DNA of 64,000 nucleotides from Williopsis jadinii (lineage: Eukaryota), in contig AP024665.1 in the NCBI GenBank assembly GCA_024346625.1, positions 124,001-188,000 of the forward strand, in the 5' to 3' direction. The translations under genes and the position numbers were made by a program. Positions within the stretch are counted from its first letter, which is position 1. Every line of letters starts with the position of its first letter. Below the pieces are notes generated by a model. The model saw only the letters and a program-made list of their open reading frames with translations. It made no database searches and was not told the origin of the DNA. Below, piece by piece: positions 40,901 to 52,424 of the stretch.

Positions 40901-42923
40901 CTTTTCTGTATGGAAGACCAAGGTTGTGTGGGTACGCCAGTGTGAGCTTTCCATGGGAGCTTCTAGGTTTAATTAAAGCTTCAAAAAGGTCAAGATATCC
41001 AACAATATCTGCAAAAGAAAGAAGTCTTGTTTGAAAACAGTCCTCTATTGAAGCATCTTGTTGGAATAACCAGCTGTCTAAACTTCTCCAAATTTCCTCT
41101 CTTCTCTCGGACGAATTAGATACTAGAGAACGGATCACATGTAAAGCTGCACCGACCAACGGCGTATCTAACTTTACAAACTCAAACAAGATTTCGATAA
41201 TTGATGAATCAAACAGGTCTTTGATATCTTCATTATGGATGGCAACGTTGTAAATCAATCCAAAGTATGACGCAATCGAAAGAATTGTCTCCTCGTTCAA
41301 GTTCTGGTCATCACCATTTTTCTCAAACTTCTTAATGGCATCCATGTGAGCGCTCAAAGCAATGAGTATAGAGGACCATGATATTTTGTCTGAATTGGCC
41401 ATGAAATGATAAACATGACTAGCATTATCAACGCCTGTTGTCAATCCACTCAACATAACCAAGAACGTAGACCTCATGAGTAAGTCTTCGCCCTTTGAAG
41501 CCCACTCAATGAACCCATATGCATTTGATTCTCTATCATCCCAGAAATTCGATATGAGAGATGGCTGCTCAGAGTATAGATAGAACACGGCAAGATAAAA
41601 TCTCTCGAGATCAGCTCTTTTTGAAACATCATCAAGAAAGAAGTCCTCTCCGGACAACAACGAATCCTCCTCTGAATCTTTCATTTTCACTAACAAGAAC
41701 GCCGCATCAGAAATAAACGCCTGAACAAACTCATGGAGAACACCTCTCAACATAATCGATAGATTTTCAGAAAGTTTATGGTCTTTGGTAGCAAAATAGA
41801 CAGGTGCAGCTTGCGGATCTTGTGCCCTCACCTTTTTGGTCTCTTCTTCGTTAACATCCAAAATCAGTTTAGGAACCAGTCTAGGGAGATGTTGCTCAAG
41901 CAAAGCACGCATGTCATAAAAAAGATCAAACGTGTTGGTCGACGTATCAGCACATATGATCAACAGTTGTTCTACTGCGCCCAATTGCACGGCAGTTGAC
42001 ATTGGTGTTTCAAGCGCAATTTCAAAATCGAACTTGCTAATACGCTGTGGTGACTTTTTACACCAGCTGATGAAGTGTGTCAAGAATACTAACGTAATAA
42101 GTAGCTTTTCTGGTATTTTGTAAACCTCTGGATCTTTCAAGCCTTTCAACAAGGTGCTGTGGATTTGGATAACATCATTATCCGGTATATCATCAAGATT
42201 TGTGCAGTAGATTAATAGTCCGGGTAATAAATGTGTGATGTAGAAATCATCAACATCAAAAGTGCCCACAAATTCAAACAACTTTGTGAAATCACTTCTG
42301 GATGCTCTATTTTGAGAAAAGATTCCATGGACGATTTCACCAAGAAGCTCATGCTCCTTATTCAGGAAGTCTCTTCTGAATGTCAACTTGAGTTGGAATG
42401 CAGTTCCTTGGATCGACCCTATCAACTTTTCTCTATTGACGAGTTGATGTAAAGCCTCGAGCTCCTTATGAACAAACTTGAAACTTTCAAGAATAGCATC
42501 GACAAATCCTGGAGACCAAATCGTATCACTGATCACCCTATCGTCAGTGTTGAAGGCATAACTCACAATGTTCAAAATTGACTGCTTTCTCAAATAATAC
42601 AACGCCTTAGCGCTGTCGAGCAAACCTTTGCCCGTACCGTGTGAGTTATGTATCAACTCCGCAGCGATGAGCTCATCAATACCCAAATCGTCACTTAGAG
42701 TGGCGCTGTCGATCTTGAACACATCATTGATCTCATACTCGACACCGCCAAACTTAACCACGCCTTTCTCAAGAACCTGGCGACTCTGAGCAGACTTTGG
42801 CGGCGTTTTGGCCAAATTGATGAGATCTGGCTTCAACGTCTCAAGCAATGCCGAATCAACTTGTCCACCTTGGATCGAAGCGTAGAGCCTGTTGAATGGT
42901 TCAGTTGTCCAATGCAAGCTCAT
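37965..42923 (-). CDS. NUP192: Inner-ring nucleoporin Nup192/Nup205
   Basis: 1652-aa helical protein from MSLHWTTEPF; FISDAAFLL..KDSEEDSLLSGED..ADLERFYL..AYGFIEWASK. Convergent with NSP1. Confidence 0.9.
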   Translation of the reverse strand: MSLHWTTEPFNRLYASIQGGQVDSALLETLKPDLINLAKTPPKSAQSRQVLEKGVVKFGGVEYEINDVFKIDSATLSDDLGIDELIAAELIHNSHGTGKGLLDSAKALYYLRKQSILNIVSYAFNTDDRVISDTIWSPGFVDAILESFKFVHKELEALHQLVNREKLIGSIQGTAFQLKLTFRRDFLNKEHELLGEIVHGIFSQNRASRSDFTKLFEFVGTFDVDDFYITHLLPGLLIYCTNLDDIPDNDVIQIHSTLLKGLKDPEVYKIPEKLLITLVFLTHFISWCKKSPQRISKFDFEIALETPMSTAVQLGAVEQLLIICADTSTNTFDLFYDMRALLEQHLPRLVPKLILDVNEEETKKVRAQDPQAAPVYFATKDHKLSENLSIMLRGVLHEFVQAFISDAAFLLVKMKDSEEDSLLSGEDFFLDDVSKRADLERFYLAVFYLYSEQPSLISNFWDDRESNAYGFIEWASKGEDLLMRSTFLVMLSGLTTGVDNASHVYHFMANSDKISWSSILIALSAHMDAIKKFEKNGDDQNLNEETILSIASYFGLIYNVAIHNEDIKDLFDSSIIEILFEFVKLDTPLVGAALHVIRSLVSNSSERREEIWRSLDSWLFQQDASIEDCFQTRLLSFADIVGYLDLFEALIKPRSSHGKLTLAYPHNLGLPYRKAGVTPYLEFILSNVFFHSQSLYFSEKIALQEPILRIVDHCLSSFDPKLILNSFPANVDLNTIVSTNEFTTYVQANPTPIVLNFLFQEKIYKTLIDVASTGFDNISDKSFNSSQVQVVYLSLGIIDKILELEFAYIDELLPILKKNNNFYMPSRIGTHGLSSFYDAIMFNLPVVAHIALYVGSPDIPIAYRSIKLLSKFSNSLQFGSNGKAGASKTKLLTIFDSINESLRIKYHFINQLESEITSPEGLEVKILILNFLNDNLSVSSKTITVSHFLLGFEWKNELSLGSEDIPTSVASGKSLFKSLIYILESALLSISSVEIDYPLIRLASLSLEIILKLSKNPRSSLIVLEHLCGYDLLHKLLNTPRVDVMTHWSGENFSPRVDTITAFNSGPGIGAFLELLSFRSSVLQYLSLELHRTSSNGSISKTNTYIDALINGYGAFTGPPKVLSFLDDLEFSLADETTIPEVDLVIFQNVDMKLDLTKIPLNIDSNGPVFNLEDVDAVLDLHLRALAVQGRYHTDDEEKEKDKQVETLRDQLKRADSRTSTSLILLPNTIKSNEQDALIERALLKAKFNNLLCFRKFKSSQLASLHAWVQLIQVIVTDGQMDPSCRSNFVLEVFQSIIPRINDYVEHDILYAEELVSLCVFLYDIYHQDRKSADDTLTSTVDGYERLYPLFKSTIHGILSPASSLALRSDLYVLSYKFLFWVLKHRDISREVLQTIKLSNERLITVICNDAISGEGPTRITSLLLLESLFRLSSINDLNFVLNTLVKNNLLLLLVKSIKRTDETLSLSHNFKITLDSLLYELTAFKAIMCFLLRVAQTRHGAQQLLQSEIFQTIKSCRFLLIDPDLGIELVYDESTLQSSSFVRVNLNLDAPLSLDSSSRAVSLFELLVPTFQLVAAILLSTSSENKTSILQVRDLLIHFKGLIVCVLKKSLLDESKNDVVLQKQDSDSGSVNELANLFVLLSTLTDFDPGN

Positions 42924-43227
42924 GTTCCTCCAGATGAAAACGTCAATATTCAGTAAAAATTCGCTTGTTTGGCCTTTCTTTTCTTTGTTTGTGTGCTCTT
43001 GTTGATGTTTTTGTTTACAAATTCGAATTCGAAAATGAACAAAAAAAATCATCACCGAAACTGGTACAGGACACAATGTAATATACGCTACAAGTGAAAA
43101 GCTCTATTTCAATAAGATCATTAAATTTCTTTACATGTAAACATCATATACACACTCAGCAATTATAATAAAAGCACCTAATCTCTCCATTGTTTTTTAC
43201 ACAGCCAGGAACCTCCCGCGTCCCAGT

Positions 43228-45330
43228 TTAATCAACCTCTTCCATCTCGGTCTCAGCAACTTGTTCCTCAGTTGGAGTTTCCTTAATTTCCTCTGGCTTC
43301 TCAGAAGCCTCCTCCTCGTCGATGTTCAAACCAAGAGAGATCAATCTGTTGATTCTGGTGGCGAACTTGCTTGGCTCATCCAAGGTGAAACCAGAGGTCA
43401 ACAAGGCAGTCTCGTACAACAAAGTGGTCAAGTCCTTGACAGTTCTGTCTTGAGCACCATCAGCCTCAACCTTGTGCTTCAACTCCTTGATGATTGGGGA
43501 CTTTGGAGAGATTTCAAAGATCTTCTTGGAAGACATGTAAGAAGACATGGAGCTGTCACGTAAAGCTTGGGCCTTCATGATTCTCTCCATGTTAGCGGAC
43601 CAACCGAACTGGGCAGTTCTGATGGCAGCTGGAGCGTCACCCAACTTGTGAGAGACAACAACCTTCTCAACGTTGTCACCCAAGATCTCCTTCAAGGCCT
43701 TGGCCAAGTTCTCGTACTCAGCCTCTTCCTTTTCTCTAGCAGCCTTCTCTTCATCGGTCTCTTCGAGCTCGAAGTCCTTGGTAATATCAACCAACTTCTT
43801 GTCGTCAAACTCCTTCAATTGAGAGAAAGCGTACTCATCAATTGGATCAACCAAGAACAAAACTTCAAAGTCCTTAGCCTTCAAAGCATCCAAGAATGGA
43901 GACTTCTCAACAGCCTTCAAGGATTCACCAGTGATGAAGTAGATGTTCTTTTGACCCTCCTTCATTCTTGTGACGTAATCTTGCAAGGATGTAACATCTT
44001 CACCAGACTTTGTAGAGTTGTATCTCAACAACTTGGCCAAGGCGTTTCTGTTTTGAGTGTCCTCGTGAATACCGAGTTTGATGTTCTTGGAGAAAGCGGA
44101 GTAGAACTTCTCGAATTGTTCAGCATCCTCGGCAATCTCGTTGAAAGTCTCGATCAATTTCTTGACGATGTTCTTTCTGATAACCTTCAAGATCTTGTTT
44201 TGTTGCAAGGTTTCTCTGGACAAGTTCAATGGCAAGTCCTCAGAGTCAACAACACCCTTAACGAAGGACAACCATTCTGGAATCAACTCTTCGGCCTCAT
44301 CGGTAATGAAGACACGACGAACGTACAACTTGATGTTGTTCTTCTTCTTCTTGGATTCGAACAAGTCGAATGGAGCTCTCTTTGGAATGAACAAGATAGC
44401 CTTGAACTCCAATTGACCTTCAACAGAGAAGTGCTTGACAGCCAATGGATCTTCCCAGTCGTTAGAGATGGACTTGTAGAAGGCATTGTACTCCTCTTGT
44501 GTGACTTCAGATGGGTTTCTTGTCCACAATGGCTTGGTCTTGTTCAAAACCTCAAGTTCTTGAACGGTTTCCTTAACAGTCTTGGTCTTCTTCTCATCCT
44601 TCTTCTCCTCGTCCTCATCAACTTCCTCGAGCTTTGGCTTCTTGTCATCCTCCTCCTTGGCCTCCTCTTCGGTTTCTGGAACCTCCTTTTCAACCTCCTT
44701 GGTAACAAGAAGCTCGATTGGGTAAGAGACGAACTCAGAGTGACGCTTAACAACCTCCTTGATTCTCTTCTCATCCAAGTACTCCAATTGGTCATCCTTC
44801 AAGAACAATCTCAAGATAGTACCACGGGAGATTCTCTCGTTGGTCTCATCCAAAGTGACGGTGAACTTACCACCAGCGTTAGATTCCCAGATGTATTGCT
44901 CATCGTCGTTGTTCTTGGAGATAACTTGCACCTTGTCGGCAACCAAGAAAAGAGAGTAGAAACCAACACCGAATTGACCAATCATGGAAACATCGGCACC
45001 AGCAGAAAGGGCCTCCATAAAGGATTTGGTACCAGACTTGGCAATGGTACCCAAGTTGTTCACCAAATCAGCCTTGGTCATACCAATACCGGAATCTCTG
45101 ATCTCAAGGACCTTCTCCTCTGGCTTTGGTGTGATTCTGATGAAGAGGTTTGGCTCGGTGTCCAACTTGGACTTGTCGCTAAGGGACTCGTATCTGATCT
45201 TGTCAAGCGCATCGGACGCGTTGGAGATCAACTCTCTAAGGAAAATCTCCTTGTTAGAGTAGACAGTGTTGATGATCAAACTCATCAACTGAGTGATCTC
45301 AGCTTGAAATTCATATGATTCTGTTGCCAT
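43228..45330 (-). CDS. HSP82: Cytosolic Hsp90
   Basis: [28 protein letters not shown] and terminal MEEVD; strong codon bias. Confidence 0.98.
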   Translation of the reverse strand: MATESYEFQAEITQLMSLIINTVYSNKEIFLRELISNASDALDKIRYESLSDKSKLDTEPNLFIRITPKPEEKVLEIRDSGIGMTKADLVNNLGTIAKSGTKSFMEALSAGADVSMIGQFGVGFYSLFLVADKVQVISKNNDDEQYIWESNAGGKFTVTLDETNERISRGTILRLFLKDDQLEYLDEKRIKEVVKRHSEFVSYPIELLVTKEVEKEVPETEEEAKEEDDKKPKLEEVDEDEEKKDEKKTKTVKETVQELEVLNKTKPLWTRNPSEVTQEEYNAFYKSISNDWEDPLAVKHFSVEGQLEFKAILFIPKRAPFDLFESKKKKNNIKLYVRRVFITDEAEELIPEWLSFVKGVVDSEDLPLNLSRETLQQNKILKVIRKNIVKKLIETFNEIAEDAEQFEKFYSAFSKNIKLGIHEDTQNRNALAKLLRYNSTKSGEDVTSLQDYVTRMKEGQKNIYFITGESLKAVEKSPFLDALKAKDFEVLFLVDPIDEYAFSQLKEFDDKKLVDITKDFELEETDEEKAAREKEEAEYENLAKALKEILGDNVEKVVVSHKLGDAPAAIRTAQFGWSANMERIMKAQALRDSSMSSYMSSKKIFEISPKSPIIKELKHKVEADGAQDRTVKDLTTLLYETALLTSGFTLDEPSKFATRINRLISLGLNIDEEEASEKPEEIKETPTEEQVAETEMEEVD

Positions 45331-45419
45331 CTTTGTTTATGAATGTGTTCTCGATTCTATGAATCTGATGAAGAGCTCCCAGCGGCAACGAAGAAAGAAA
45401 TTGGGCGATACAGCTTTGC

Positions 45420-45651
45420 CTTTTATACCCGCGCCCACGGTGGACGTCTTTGGAACTTTTTTTTCGTTAATTTTTATCTAGAAAATTCCATGAGCTTTTT
45501 CCCCCAGCCCAAAGCTTTTATAACAGCAAGAACGAACCAATTGGAAGGGGAAAAAAATCAACTGATAGAATGTTATCGATCTTTTGTATCTGATTCAAAC
45601 TGTTCTACAACATTCCATGTTAGAATTGTGCTTATTGTTTCCAGTCTGTTC
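45420..45651 (-). promoter_or_regulatory. HSP90 promoter: TATA box, imperfect HSEs and a STRE
   Basis: TATAAAA on the minus strand at about 45421-45427; TCTAGAAAATTCC at about 45477-45490; AGGGG at 45546; TTC at 45603 and 45613, GAA at 45623. Confidence 0.5.
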
Positions 45652-45921
45652 ATCACTGCTATGTAAAGTCCCATTTTGAGGTGTGCCTATGTAACCTTGA
45701 AGTGACACCTAAATTGCGTGCTTAGTAAGGCGTTCGCGTAGGGTAACCTCATCTCATCTCATCTCATCTCACATATTCAATAGTGAATAAATGGTCAAAG
45801 GACCTCTATACAAGGATTTCTTACAAAGAGACATAGCAGTTACGAATATATAGACATATCTATTCCAAATAATAAATGCGGAATTCGAAATAATAAACAA
45901 GTTAATAAACAGATAAATTAC

Positions 45922-48900
45922 TTAGGCACCAAACACTTCATCGATGAAGGCCTTCTCCTCAGCAAGATGCATACCCTTGGAACCCGCAGCAACAGAGGCA
46001 CTTGGGTCTCTACCAGCGTAACGGAATGCCTTATCACTGTGGATGGTCTCCTTTAACACGGTGCTGAGTCTTGGTTGCACAAAGGACCAAGCACCCATGT
46101 TCAATGGCTCCTCCTGACACCAAACCAAATCGGTGGCGTTAGGGAATGAGTTCAAAGAATCACGCAACTGAGCCCATGGGAATGGGTGAAGTTGTTCAAC
46201 CTTGATGAAAGCAGTGGTCTTATCCTCAATTTCAGCACGTCTCTTGTGCAAAGCAGTGTAAACTTGACCAGAGAGCAAGACAACACGCTTGATCTCATCC
46301 TTTGTACCAATACTCTTACCAAGTTCAACATCCTCGATAATCCATTGGAAATGAGCGTCATCGGTGAACTCAGACAAGTTTGATCTGGCCAATGGGTGAC
46401 GCAACAATTGCTTCGACACAAACAAAGCAAGTGGCTTTCTGAATTGACGGTGCATCTGTCTTCTGTACAAGTGGAATAAGTTGGATGGGGTTGTTGCGTA
46501 TGCAATTTGGAAGTTACAGTCTTGGTGTTGACGGCTCAATTTCTCTTCAGATGGGAACTGTCTTGGATCCTCATTGGCCAATTGCAAATAACGTTCCAAT
46601 CTACCAGAAGAGTGCTCTGGACCTTGTCCATCGTAACCGTGAGGCAATGTCAAAACAAGACCAGATCTCTGTTTCCATTTGGATTCAGCAGCAGCAATGA
46701 ATTGATCAACAATGACTTGAGCGGTGTTGGCAAAATCACCGAACTGGGCCTCCCATTGCACAAATGCATCCGGAGAAGTCAAGGAGTAACCGTACTCGAA
46801 ACCCATAACACCATACTCAGAAAGAGAAGAGTTAGAGATAACAAAGTCAGCTTGTGTCTCAGAGACATGCTTCAATGGAATGTATGTGTTCTCGGATTTT
46901 TGATCGTGCAAGACGGCGTGACGTTGAGAGAAAGTACCTCTCTCAACATCTTGACCAGAAACTCTGACATGGTAACCTTCTTCAACCAAAGAACCGTAAG
47001 CCAAAGCCTCAGCAGTGGCCCAGTCAATACCTTCACCAGTCTCAACAGACTTCTTACGTTGGTTCAAAATTCTCTTCAAGTTTCTGTGCACCTCAAAGTT
47101 TTCTGGCCAGCTTGAAATGACCTCACCAATGTGTTTAAGCTTGTCCTGTTCAACAGCAGTTGGCAAGTGTGGAAGGATCTCAGTGGCCAACTCCTTTGGT
47201 GATTTGAAGCCTTCCCATGGGGTGGTCAACCATTCTCTAGTAGTTGGAACGTATTCCTTTGACTTTTGGAAGGATTGCTCCAAGATATCCCAAACCCAAG
47301 CCTTGTGTTCGTTGATATCTTCTTGTGTGAATGAGCCTTCCTTGACCAATTGTTCAGAGTAGAGGTCAATGACGGATTTCTTTTGTGCAATTCTTTGGTA
47401 CATCAATGGTTGGGTGAAAGCTGGCTGATCAGTTTCATTATGACCATACTTTCTGTAACCAACAACATCGATAATAACATCGGAGTGGAAAGTAGCTCTC
47501 CATTCAGCAGCCAAAGTGAAGATAAAGGTAATAGCTTCAACATCATCAGCATTCACGTGGAAGATTGGGGCGTTGATAGCCTTTGCAATATCGGATGGGT
47601 ACAAAGTAGATCTTGAGAATCTTGGATCAGTGGTGAAACCAATTTGGTTGTTGACAATAACATGAATGGTACCACCAGTTGAATAAGCTGGCAAGTTAGC
47701 GAAACCCATAGTCTCGTACACAACACCTTGACCAGCGAAAGCAGCATCACCGTGGAACAAGACACCAATGGCCTTGTCGAAAGTGCCAATATCGTTGTTG
47801 AATTGTTGAACTGCTCTTGTTCTACCCAAGACAACTGGATCTTCAGCCTCCAAATGGGATGGGTTAGCAACAAGAGACAAGTTCACGTGCTTACCAGAGG
47901 TGGTTGGTCTTTGGAAGTTCATACCCAAGTGGTATTTGACATCACCTGAACCTTCATCGATCTCCTTAGAACCGGTGAATTCGGAAAAGATGGACTCATT
48001 TGGCTTTCTGACAACGTTGGACAACATGTTCAATCTACCTCTGTGAGGCATACCAAAGGTAATGTTCTCGACACCAAGCTCAACAGCACGGTCAATGAGG
48101 GACTTGACACCTGGAATGACAGACTCGGCACCTTCCAAACCAAATCTCTTATCGTTAGGGAACTTTGTGGACAAGAACGTCTCAAAGGAGGTTGCCCAAA
48201 CAAGACGATCCAAGATTTGTCTCTTTTGATCAACTGTGTAAGAGTAAGGGGATGGGATCTCGATTCTCTCTCTGAGCCAATCACACTTCTCTCTTGAAGG
48301 GATGTGGATGTATTCGAAACCGATTGTTGAACTGTAGAGTTTCTTACATGTGTCAATAATCTCCCCCAAGGTCATCTCATCTTTACCCTCTTGGGCAAAT
48401 CTAGGCAAGATACCTGGACCCAAGTGGATCTTCTTCGACAAGTCAGCCTCTGTGAATCCATAGTGTTCCAAAGTCAACTCCTTTGGTGGCGGCACCTTCT
48501 TGTCGTCACCAAAGGAGATCTCAAGTGGATCAATGTGAGCTCTTTGGTGTCCTCTGACTTGGTAGGCTCTAACGAGCAATTGAACCTTCAAATGGAGCAA
48601 GACGTCGTCGTTCCCCACAGAGCCTGTTGGAACAACCGAGACAACACCGTCAGAAGGGTTTGGAACCAAGGTTGGTGGTGGGATGAAAGCCTGGGAAGCC
48701 GGAACGTTACCGTCGAGGTTCTTGAAGTAGGCATTCCAAGAGGCGTGGACGGAGGAAGGGTCCTTCTTCCAGGCATCGTACATCTCATCGACGTAGTTGG
48801 CGTTAGACGTGCTCAAAAACGAATCATAGGTGGTGGAGTAGTAACGGGCAATGGCGGTTGAGCTCTTGAGGGCAGCGCCCTTCAAAGCGTTGATTCTCGA

Positions 48901-48933
48901 ACGTGTTAGATTTCCACGGAAGGCACTAAGCAT
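45922..48933 (-). CDS. KGD1: 2-oxoglutarate dehydrogenase E1, mitochondrial
   Basis: Presequence, [40 protein letters not shown] and [16 protein letters not shown]. Confidence 0.98.
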   Translation of the reverse strand: MLSAFRGNLTRSRINALKGAALKSSTAIARYYSTTYDSFLSTSNANYVDEMYDAWKKDPSSVHASWNAYFKNLDGNVPASQAFIPPPTLVPNPSDGVVSVVPTGSVGNDDVLLHLKVQLLVRAYQVRGHQRAHIDPLEISFGDDKKVPPPKELTLEHYGFTEADLSKKIHLGPGILPRFAQEGKDEMTLGEIIDTCKKLYSSTIGFEYIHIPSREKCDWLRERIEIPSPYSYTVDQKRQILDRLVWATSFETFLSTKFPNDKRFGLEGAESVIPGVKSLIDRAVELGVENITFGMPHRGRLNMLSNVVRKPNESIFSEFTGSKEIDEGSGDVKYHLGMNFQRPTTSGKHVNLSLVANPSHLEAEDPVVLGRTRAVQQFNNDIGTFDKAIGVLFHGDAAFAGQGVVYETMGFANLPAYSTGGTIHVIVNNQIGFTTDPRFSRSTLYPSDIAKAINAPIFHVNADDVEAITFIFTLAAEWRATFHSDVIIDVVGYRKYGHNETDQPAFTQPLMYQRIAQKKSVIDLYSEQLVKEGSFTQEDINEHKAWVWDILEQSFQKSKEYVPTTREWLTTPWEGFKSPKELATEILPHLPTAVEQDKLKHIGEVISSWPENFEVHRNLKRILNQRKKSVETGEGIDWATAEALAYGSLVEEGYHVRVSGQDVERGTFSQRHAVLHDQKSENTYIPLKHVSETQADFVISNSSLSEYGVMGFEYGYSLTSPDAFVQWEAQFGDFANTAQVIVDQFIAAAESKWKQRSGLVLTLPHGYDGQGPEHSSGRLERYLQLANEDPRQFPSEEKLSRQHQDCNFQIAYATTPSNLFHLYRRQMHRQFRKPLALFVSKQLLRHPLARSNLSEFTDDAHFQWIIEDVELGKSIGTKDEIKRVVLLSGQVYTALHKRRAEIEDKTTAFIKVEQLHPFPWAQLRDSLNSFPNATDLVWCQEEPLNMGAWSFVQPRLSTVLKETIHSDKAFRYAGRDPSASVAAGSKGMHLAEEKAFIDEVFGA

Positions 48934-50213
48934 TGTGAAAACTAGTTAGATTCTCGAGAAAGAAGGGGTGTATGGGCGATCCAAAACGATGTGTTCGTTG
49001 TGTACGTGTTTGTTTCTCCCTTCAATGATGAATACGATGGTGCTTTCTCCAAAGATTTTCTGTTTCAAAGACAACTCGCTGGTTTTATAAAATTGCGGCA
49101 AACAGGGGGACCTTGACACCTGCGACATCGGGATACCTCTGCGAGTGGATAAATGCTTCCGGGTCTACGGCCCTGTAGCGCTGGTTCGAAGAGAAGCCTT
49201 CGAAAAGAGAGGGAAAACACCCACTGAGAGGGCCACGCTGGAGAGACCAACGGAGTATCGTCAATTGAGAATATGAGTTCGCTACCCTTGGCTAGTTCTA
49301 TTAGTCTATTTCTACAGGAAGAGTTTCGCCAGTATGATGGTTTGGTTAACGCCATCTCGAACCCCATGTTTCGTTGTGCCTGTTTTCCCCCCAAGCGTCC
49401 TTCTGGCACTTGTAATACCAGGATGAAATCCATGGCCTTTGCTCCCACGGTTTCTGCCTCCTTGTATGGCACCGTTGTTTGACAGATCTCTCTAGTTCTC
49501 TAAGGCTCCCACTCCGCACGGAAACGTAGCTAAGATCCCTCCACGCTCAGGCCGCCCAAAGTGGAAGCAATAAGCGCATTAGAGGAAGCGCAGAAATCAC
49601 GGGGACTCTTCCAGAGGTGGTGGCCCAGGTGCCTTGGCCAGCACCGGGCCAACAGGCCCATATTCTACACCCACCAGGCTACAGCACTGTCCACAGCTCG
49701 ACGGTGGTGCCAAAAACGAGCGGGAAAGGACACCTCTAAACGCTTCAAGGAATAACCAATCACACCGCTGATATCTGCCATTACAGGACTCGGTGCCATC
49801 CACCTCTGTCGCGCATATTAGCAGAGTCTGGGAAAAAGCGTATCGGGCCCGACGCAGAGAAAGAACTCTCGCCGTCCCAGTGCACAGATTTAGCAGAAGG
49901 CAAGAGAGAGAGAAAAAACCACAAAAGCACTGCACCTGTGATAACAGGACGCTCGGATTCCCTTGTTTTCTTGTTTTTGTGTGTTTCGCGTAACGCCTTC
50001 GTTTGTTTCTCTTGGTGTTTTCCTCCTTGACACGGCGGCCGTTTTGAGCCCGGCACTTTTGGGGAACAGCAAATCTGGGGAAGCTCATCGGGGGGCCCAG
50101 GTTTGCTGTTGTTGCTGTTCACACACGGGTGGGTGGCCCGGGTGGACGCTTTCGCTACTTCATCGATACGTCTCGGTGCACTACAGGGCGGCAATAAAAT
50201 ATAAGCTATCAAA

Positions 50214-52424
50214 CTATCTAAACTCGTAGAATTCGTTCTGGCCATGTGTGAGAACAGGTGCCCTTTCACTGCCAACCACCCGCTCCAGTGCCAACGCGTC
50301 CCATTTCGAATACAGCACCCTGACCGTGGAGATGTTGAAGTCGGCAATCTCGTCGTACACGGATCTCCCGATGGACGAGACAACCTCTGTGTAGAACAGC
50401 GGGTTATTTGGAACGCCGTACATCAAGATGTTCTTCACACCTTTGAGATCAAATCTTCTGTAGTGGTGTAATCTCTCGGTATACAGCAGGATCTTGCGGC
50501 GGCCTTGTTGGAACAAGGCTCTTGAGCGTGACAAGTCCTTCTGCTCCGAATACTCATTCACATCACAGAACATCAATGAAGTCTTATTCTTCAAGTAGTT
50601 TTTGATTCTTAGGAAATCTGTGTACTGTGGAATGTAGAGCAATAAGCCGTCCTCGTACCCGGTTTGCTTGCTCAGAGATGGGACGATGACAGACTTGAAA
50701 TGATTGAACCTCTCATCAGGTTCCTCCATAGGAGAGGAAGAGGCGAATCTTGAGAAGATTTGCCTTATCTTCAGCCCGACTTTCGCCATGGCACTCTCCT
50801 TGTTCGACACAAGTGTTCTAAACCTGTACTTACCAAAGATGTTCATCGATCTAGACAACAGATTGTTGACGTTCGGGGTGTTGTACTCGGTAAAGATCAA
50901 GCTCTGGGTAAAGTATTTGGCTTGGTCATCAATTGACCACATTCTAACACGCGAAAAGTCGGTGTCGTGCATCTCTTCCGGGATCTTGTTCAGGTATTTC
51001 AAGATCGTCAAGATGTGATCCCAATTCTGTAATTCAATGGCATGTGCTTGATCCACGATAAACATCTCAATGGAACTAAGGAAATCGGACTGGCGTTTCT
51101 TCTTATCAGGATTCTCCAACACCAATTGAAGTCCAATTGGGGACGCAAAGATAATGTCAGACTGGTAAAATGACGAATACAGCTTCAAGGTTTTTCTGGT
51201 GAACTTCACTCCGAGACAAAAGAAATCGTTGGTGTTCCCTTCAAATAAATCTCTGAAATCTTCAGGTTTCGAGTCTGGGACTCCAGAATCGCTGTAGAAC
51301 TGACCTTTAAACTTCTTCTGATTTTCAATCTGATCTGCTCCACATAGCTTAATCATTTCTTCAACTACTTGATAACATTGGTGTCTTGTAGGTAGAAGAA
51401 TAAGGACTTTAGGTCTGGTGAAACCTTGATCTCTAAACTCCTTCTCGTCCTCTGGTTTGATTAGACCTTGCTCTAGCTTCTCGTTTTGATTGGCGATCTT
51501 TTGGTTATCCTTTAGAATATGATCTCTGGTCTTGTATACATGGTTCAGTGCATGCAATGCGTACAATTTTCTATAATTCGAGACGTTTGTGTGAGAAACA
51601 TATGGGAATATAATATCCCTGTAAGACATCATAGGGTCGAATATCTGTTTGGAGATATCATCGTCAAGTGTTGGACCATAGTTTTCAATAAATTTTTCCA
51701 AAACACGGTTCTTAATGCTGTATGAATCTAACGAATGATCTTTCGGGATAGATCTGAAGTTCGAGGACCCTTCCACTGGTGGGAGAGATGCAATACAACT
51801 ATGCGTCTTGGTCTGGAACTTTTGGTTGATCCATCTGTTAGTTCCCTTCTGGAACTTATCAGTACACTCTTTTAGATAATCCTCTGGAGCAGTAGCAAAA
51901 TGAACTTCAAATGGATCTTCGTTGTCCTTTTCATCATCTGATTCATCAGCAAATTCTTCTTCATCGTTATCAGACTCTTCCTGAACAATACCAGCAATAT
52001 GATCTTCTTCTTCCTCTTCTTCTTCTTGTTCTTCTTGTTCTTCCTCCTCATCCCTTTCGTCTTTTTCACTGTGTCCATTATTTATGTCTTCCGCATTGTC
52101 ATCTTGTTCGTCCTCTTCTTCAAGCTCCTGCTCAGCTGTCAACAAGTTCAGCAAAGCATCATAAGCTTTTCCTTTATCATCCACAGCATCTTTTTCATCA
52201 TCACTGGACTCATCGGTGGCATATGGACCCTTGTTTCTGTCCTGCATCTCCTCATTCTCTACTTCTTCCTCTTCTTCTTCTTCTCTACGAAGAGGTTTTC
52301 GAGCGTTCCTTGTCACAGTTCTATACTCAGATCTTCCTCTATTGAGTTTGACTTTCTTCCTAGGAACATCTGAGTCATTAGAAGAGTGATTTCTTCTGTC
52401 TTTACGGGCATTACTGGCACCCAT
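50214..52424 (-). CDS. UTP25: U3 snoRNA-associated protein 25
   Basis: Acidic N-terminus, EFRDQGFTRPKVLILLP, DFLSSIE, LLYTERLHHYRR. PAC (GCTCATC, 52466) and an RRPE-like TGAAACTTTTTT lie upstream. Confidence 0.93.
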   Translation of the reverse strand: MGASNARKDRRNHSSNDSDVPRKKVKLNRGRSEYRTVTRNARKPLRREEEEEEEVENEEMQDRNKGPYATDESSDDEKDAVDDKGKAYDALLNLLTAEQELEEEDEQDDNAEDINNGHSEKDERDEEEEQEEQEEEEEEEDHIAGIVQEESDNDEEEFADESDDEKDNEDPFEVHFATAPEDYLKECTDKFQKGTNRWINQKFQTKTHSCIASLPPVEGSSNFRSIPKDHSLDSYSIKNRVLEKFIENYGPTLDDDISKQIFDPMMSYRDIIFPYVSHTNVSNYRKLYALHALNHVYKTRDHILKDNQKIANQNEKLEQGLIKPEDEKEFRDQGFTRPKVLILLPTRHQCYQVVEEMIKLCGADQIENQKKFKGQFYSDSGVPDSKPEDFRDLFEGNTNDFFCLGVKFTRKTLKLYSSFYQSDIIFASPIGLQLVLENPDKKKRQSDFLSSIEMFIVDQAHAIELQNWDHILTILKYLNKIPEEMHDTDFSRVRMWSIDDQAKYFTQSLIFTEYNTPNVNNLLSRSMNIFGKYRFRTLVSNKESAMAKVGLKIRQIFSRFASSSPMEEPDERFNHFKSVIVPSLSKQTGYEDGLLLYIPQYTDFLRIKNYLKNKTSLMFCDVNEYSEQKDLSRSRALFQQGRRKILLYTERLHHYRRFDLKGVKNILMYGVPNNPLFYTEVVSSIGRSVYDEIADFNISTVRVLYSKWDALALERVVGSERAPVLTHGQNEFYEFR

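Noticed and set aside
43567..45318. 583-aa antisense ORF over HSP90, and similar long antisense ORFs over CTA1, GRS1, KGD1 and YDJ1
   Set aside because: These are in-register shadows of highly biased genes that avoid TTA/CTA/TCA codons; the products are L/V-rich with no domains.
45748..45771. (CTCAT)n run resembling repeated PAC cores
   Set aside because: Simple pentanucleotide microsatellite just past the KGD1 3' end, lacking the GCGATGAG context.
48946..50213. Many overlapping 60-200-aa ORFs and a GGTTCGA in the GC-richer KGD1 upstream region
   Set aside because: No domains, no tRNA cloverleaf or full B-box. Consistent with promoter DNA (CCAATCA at about 49757).
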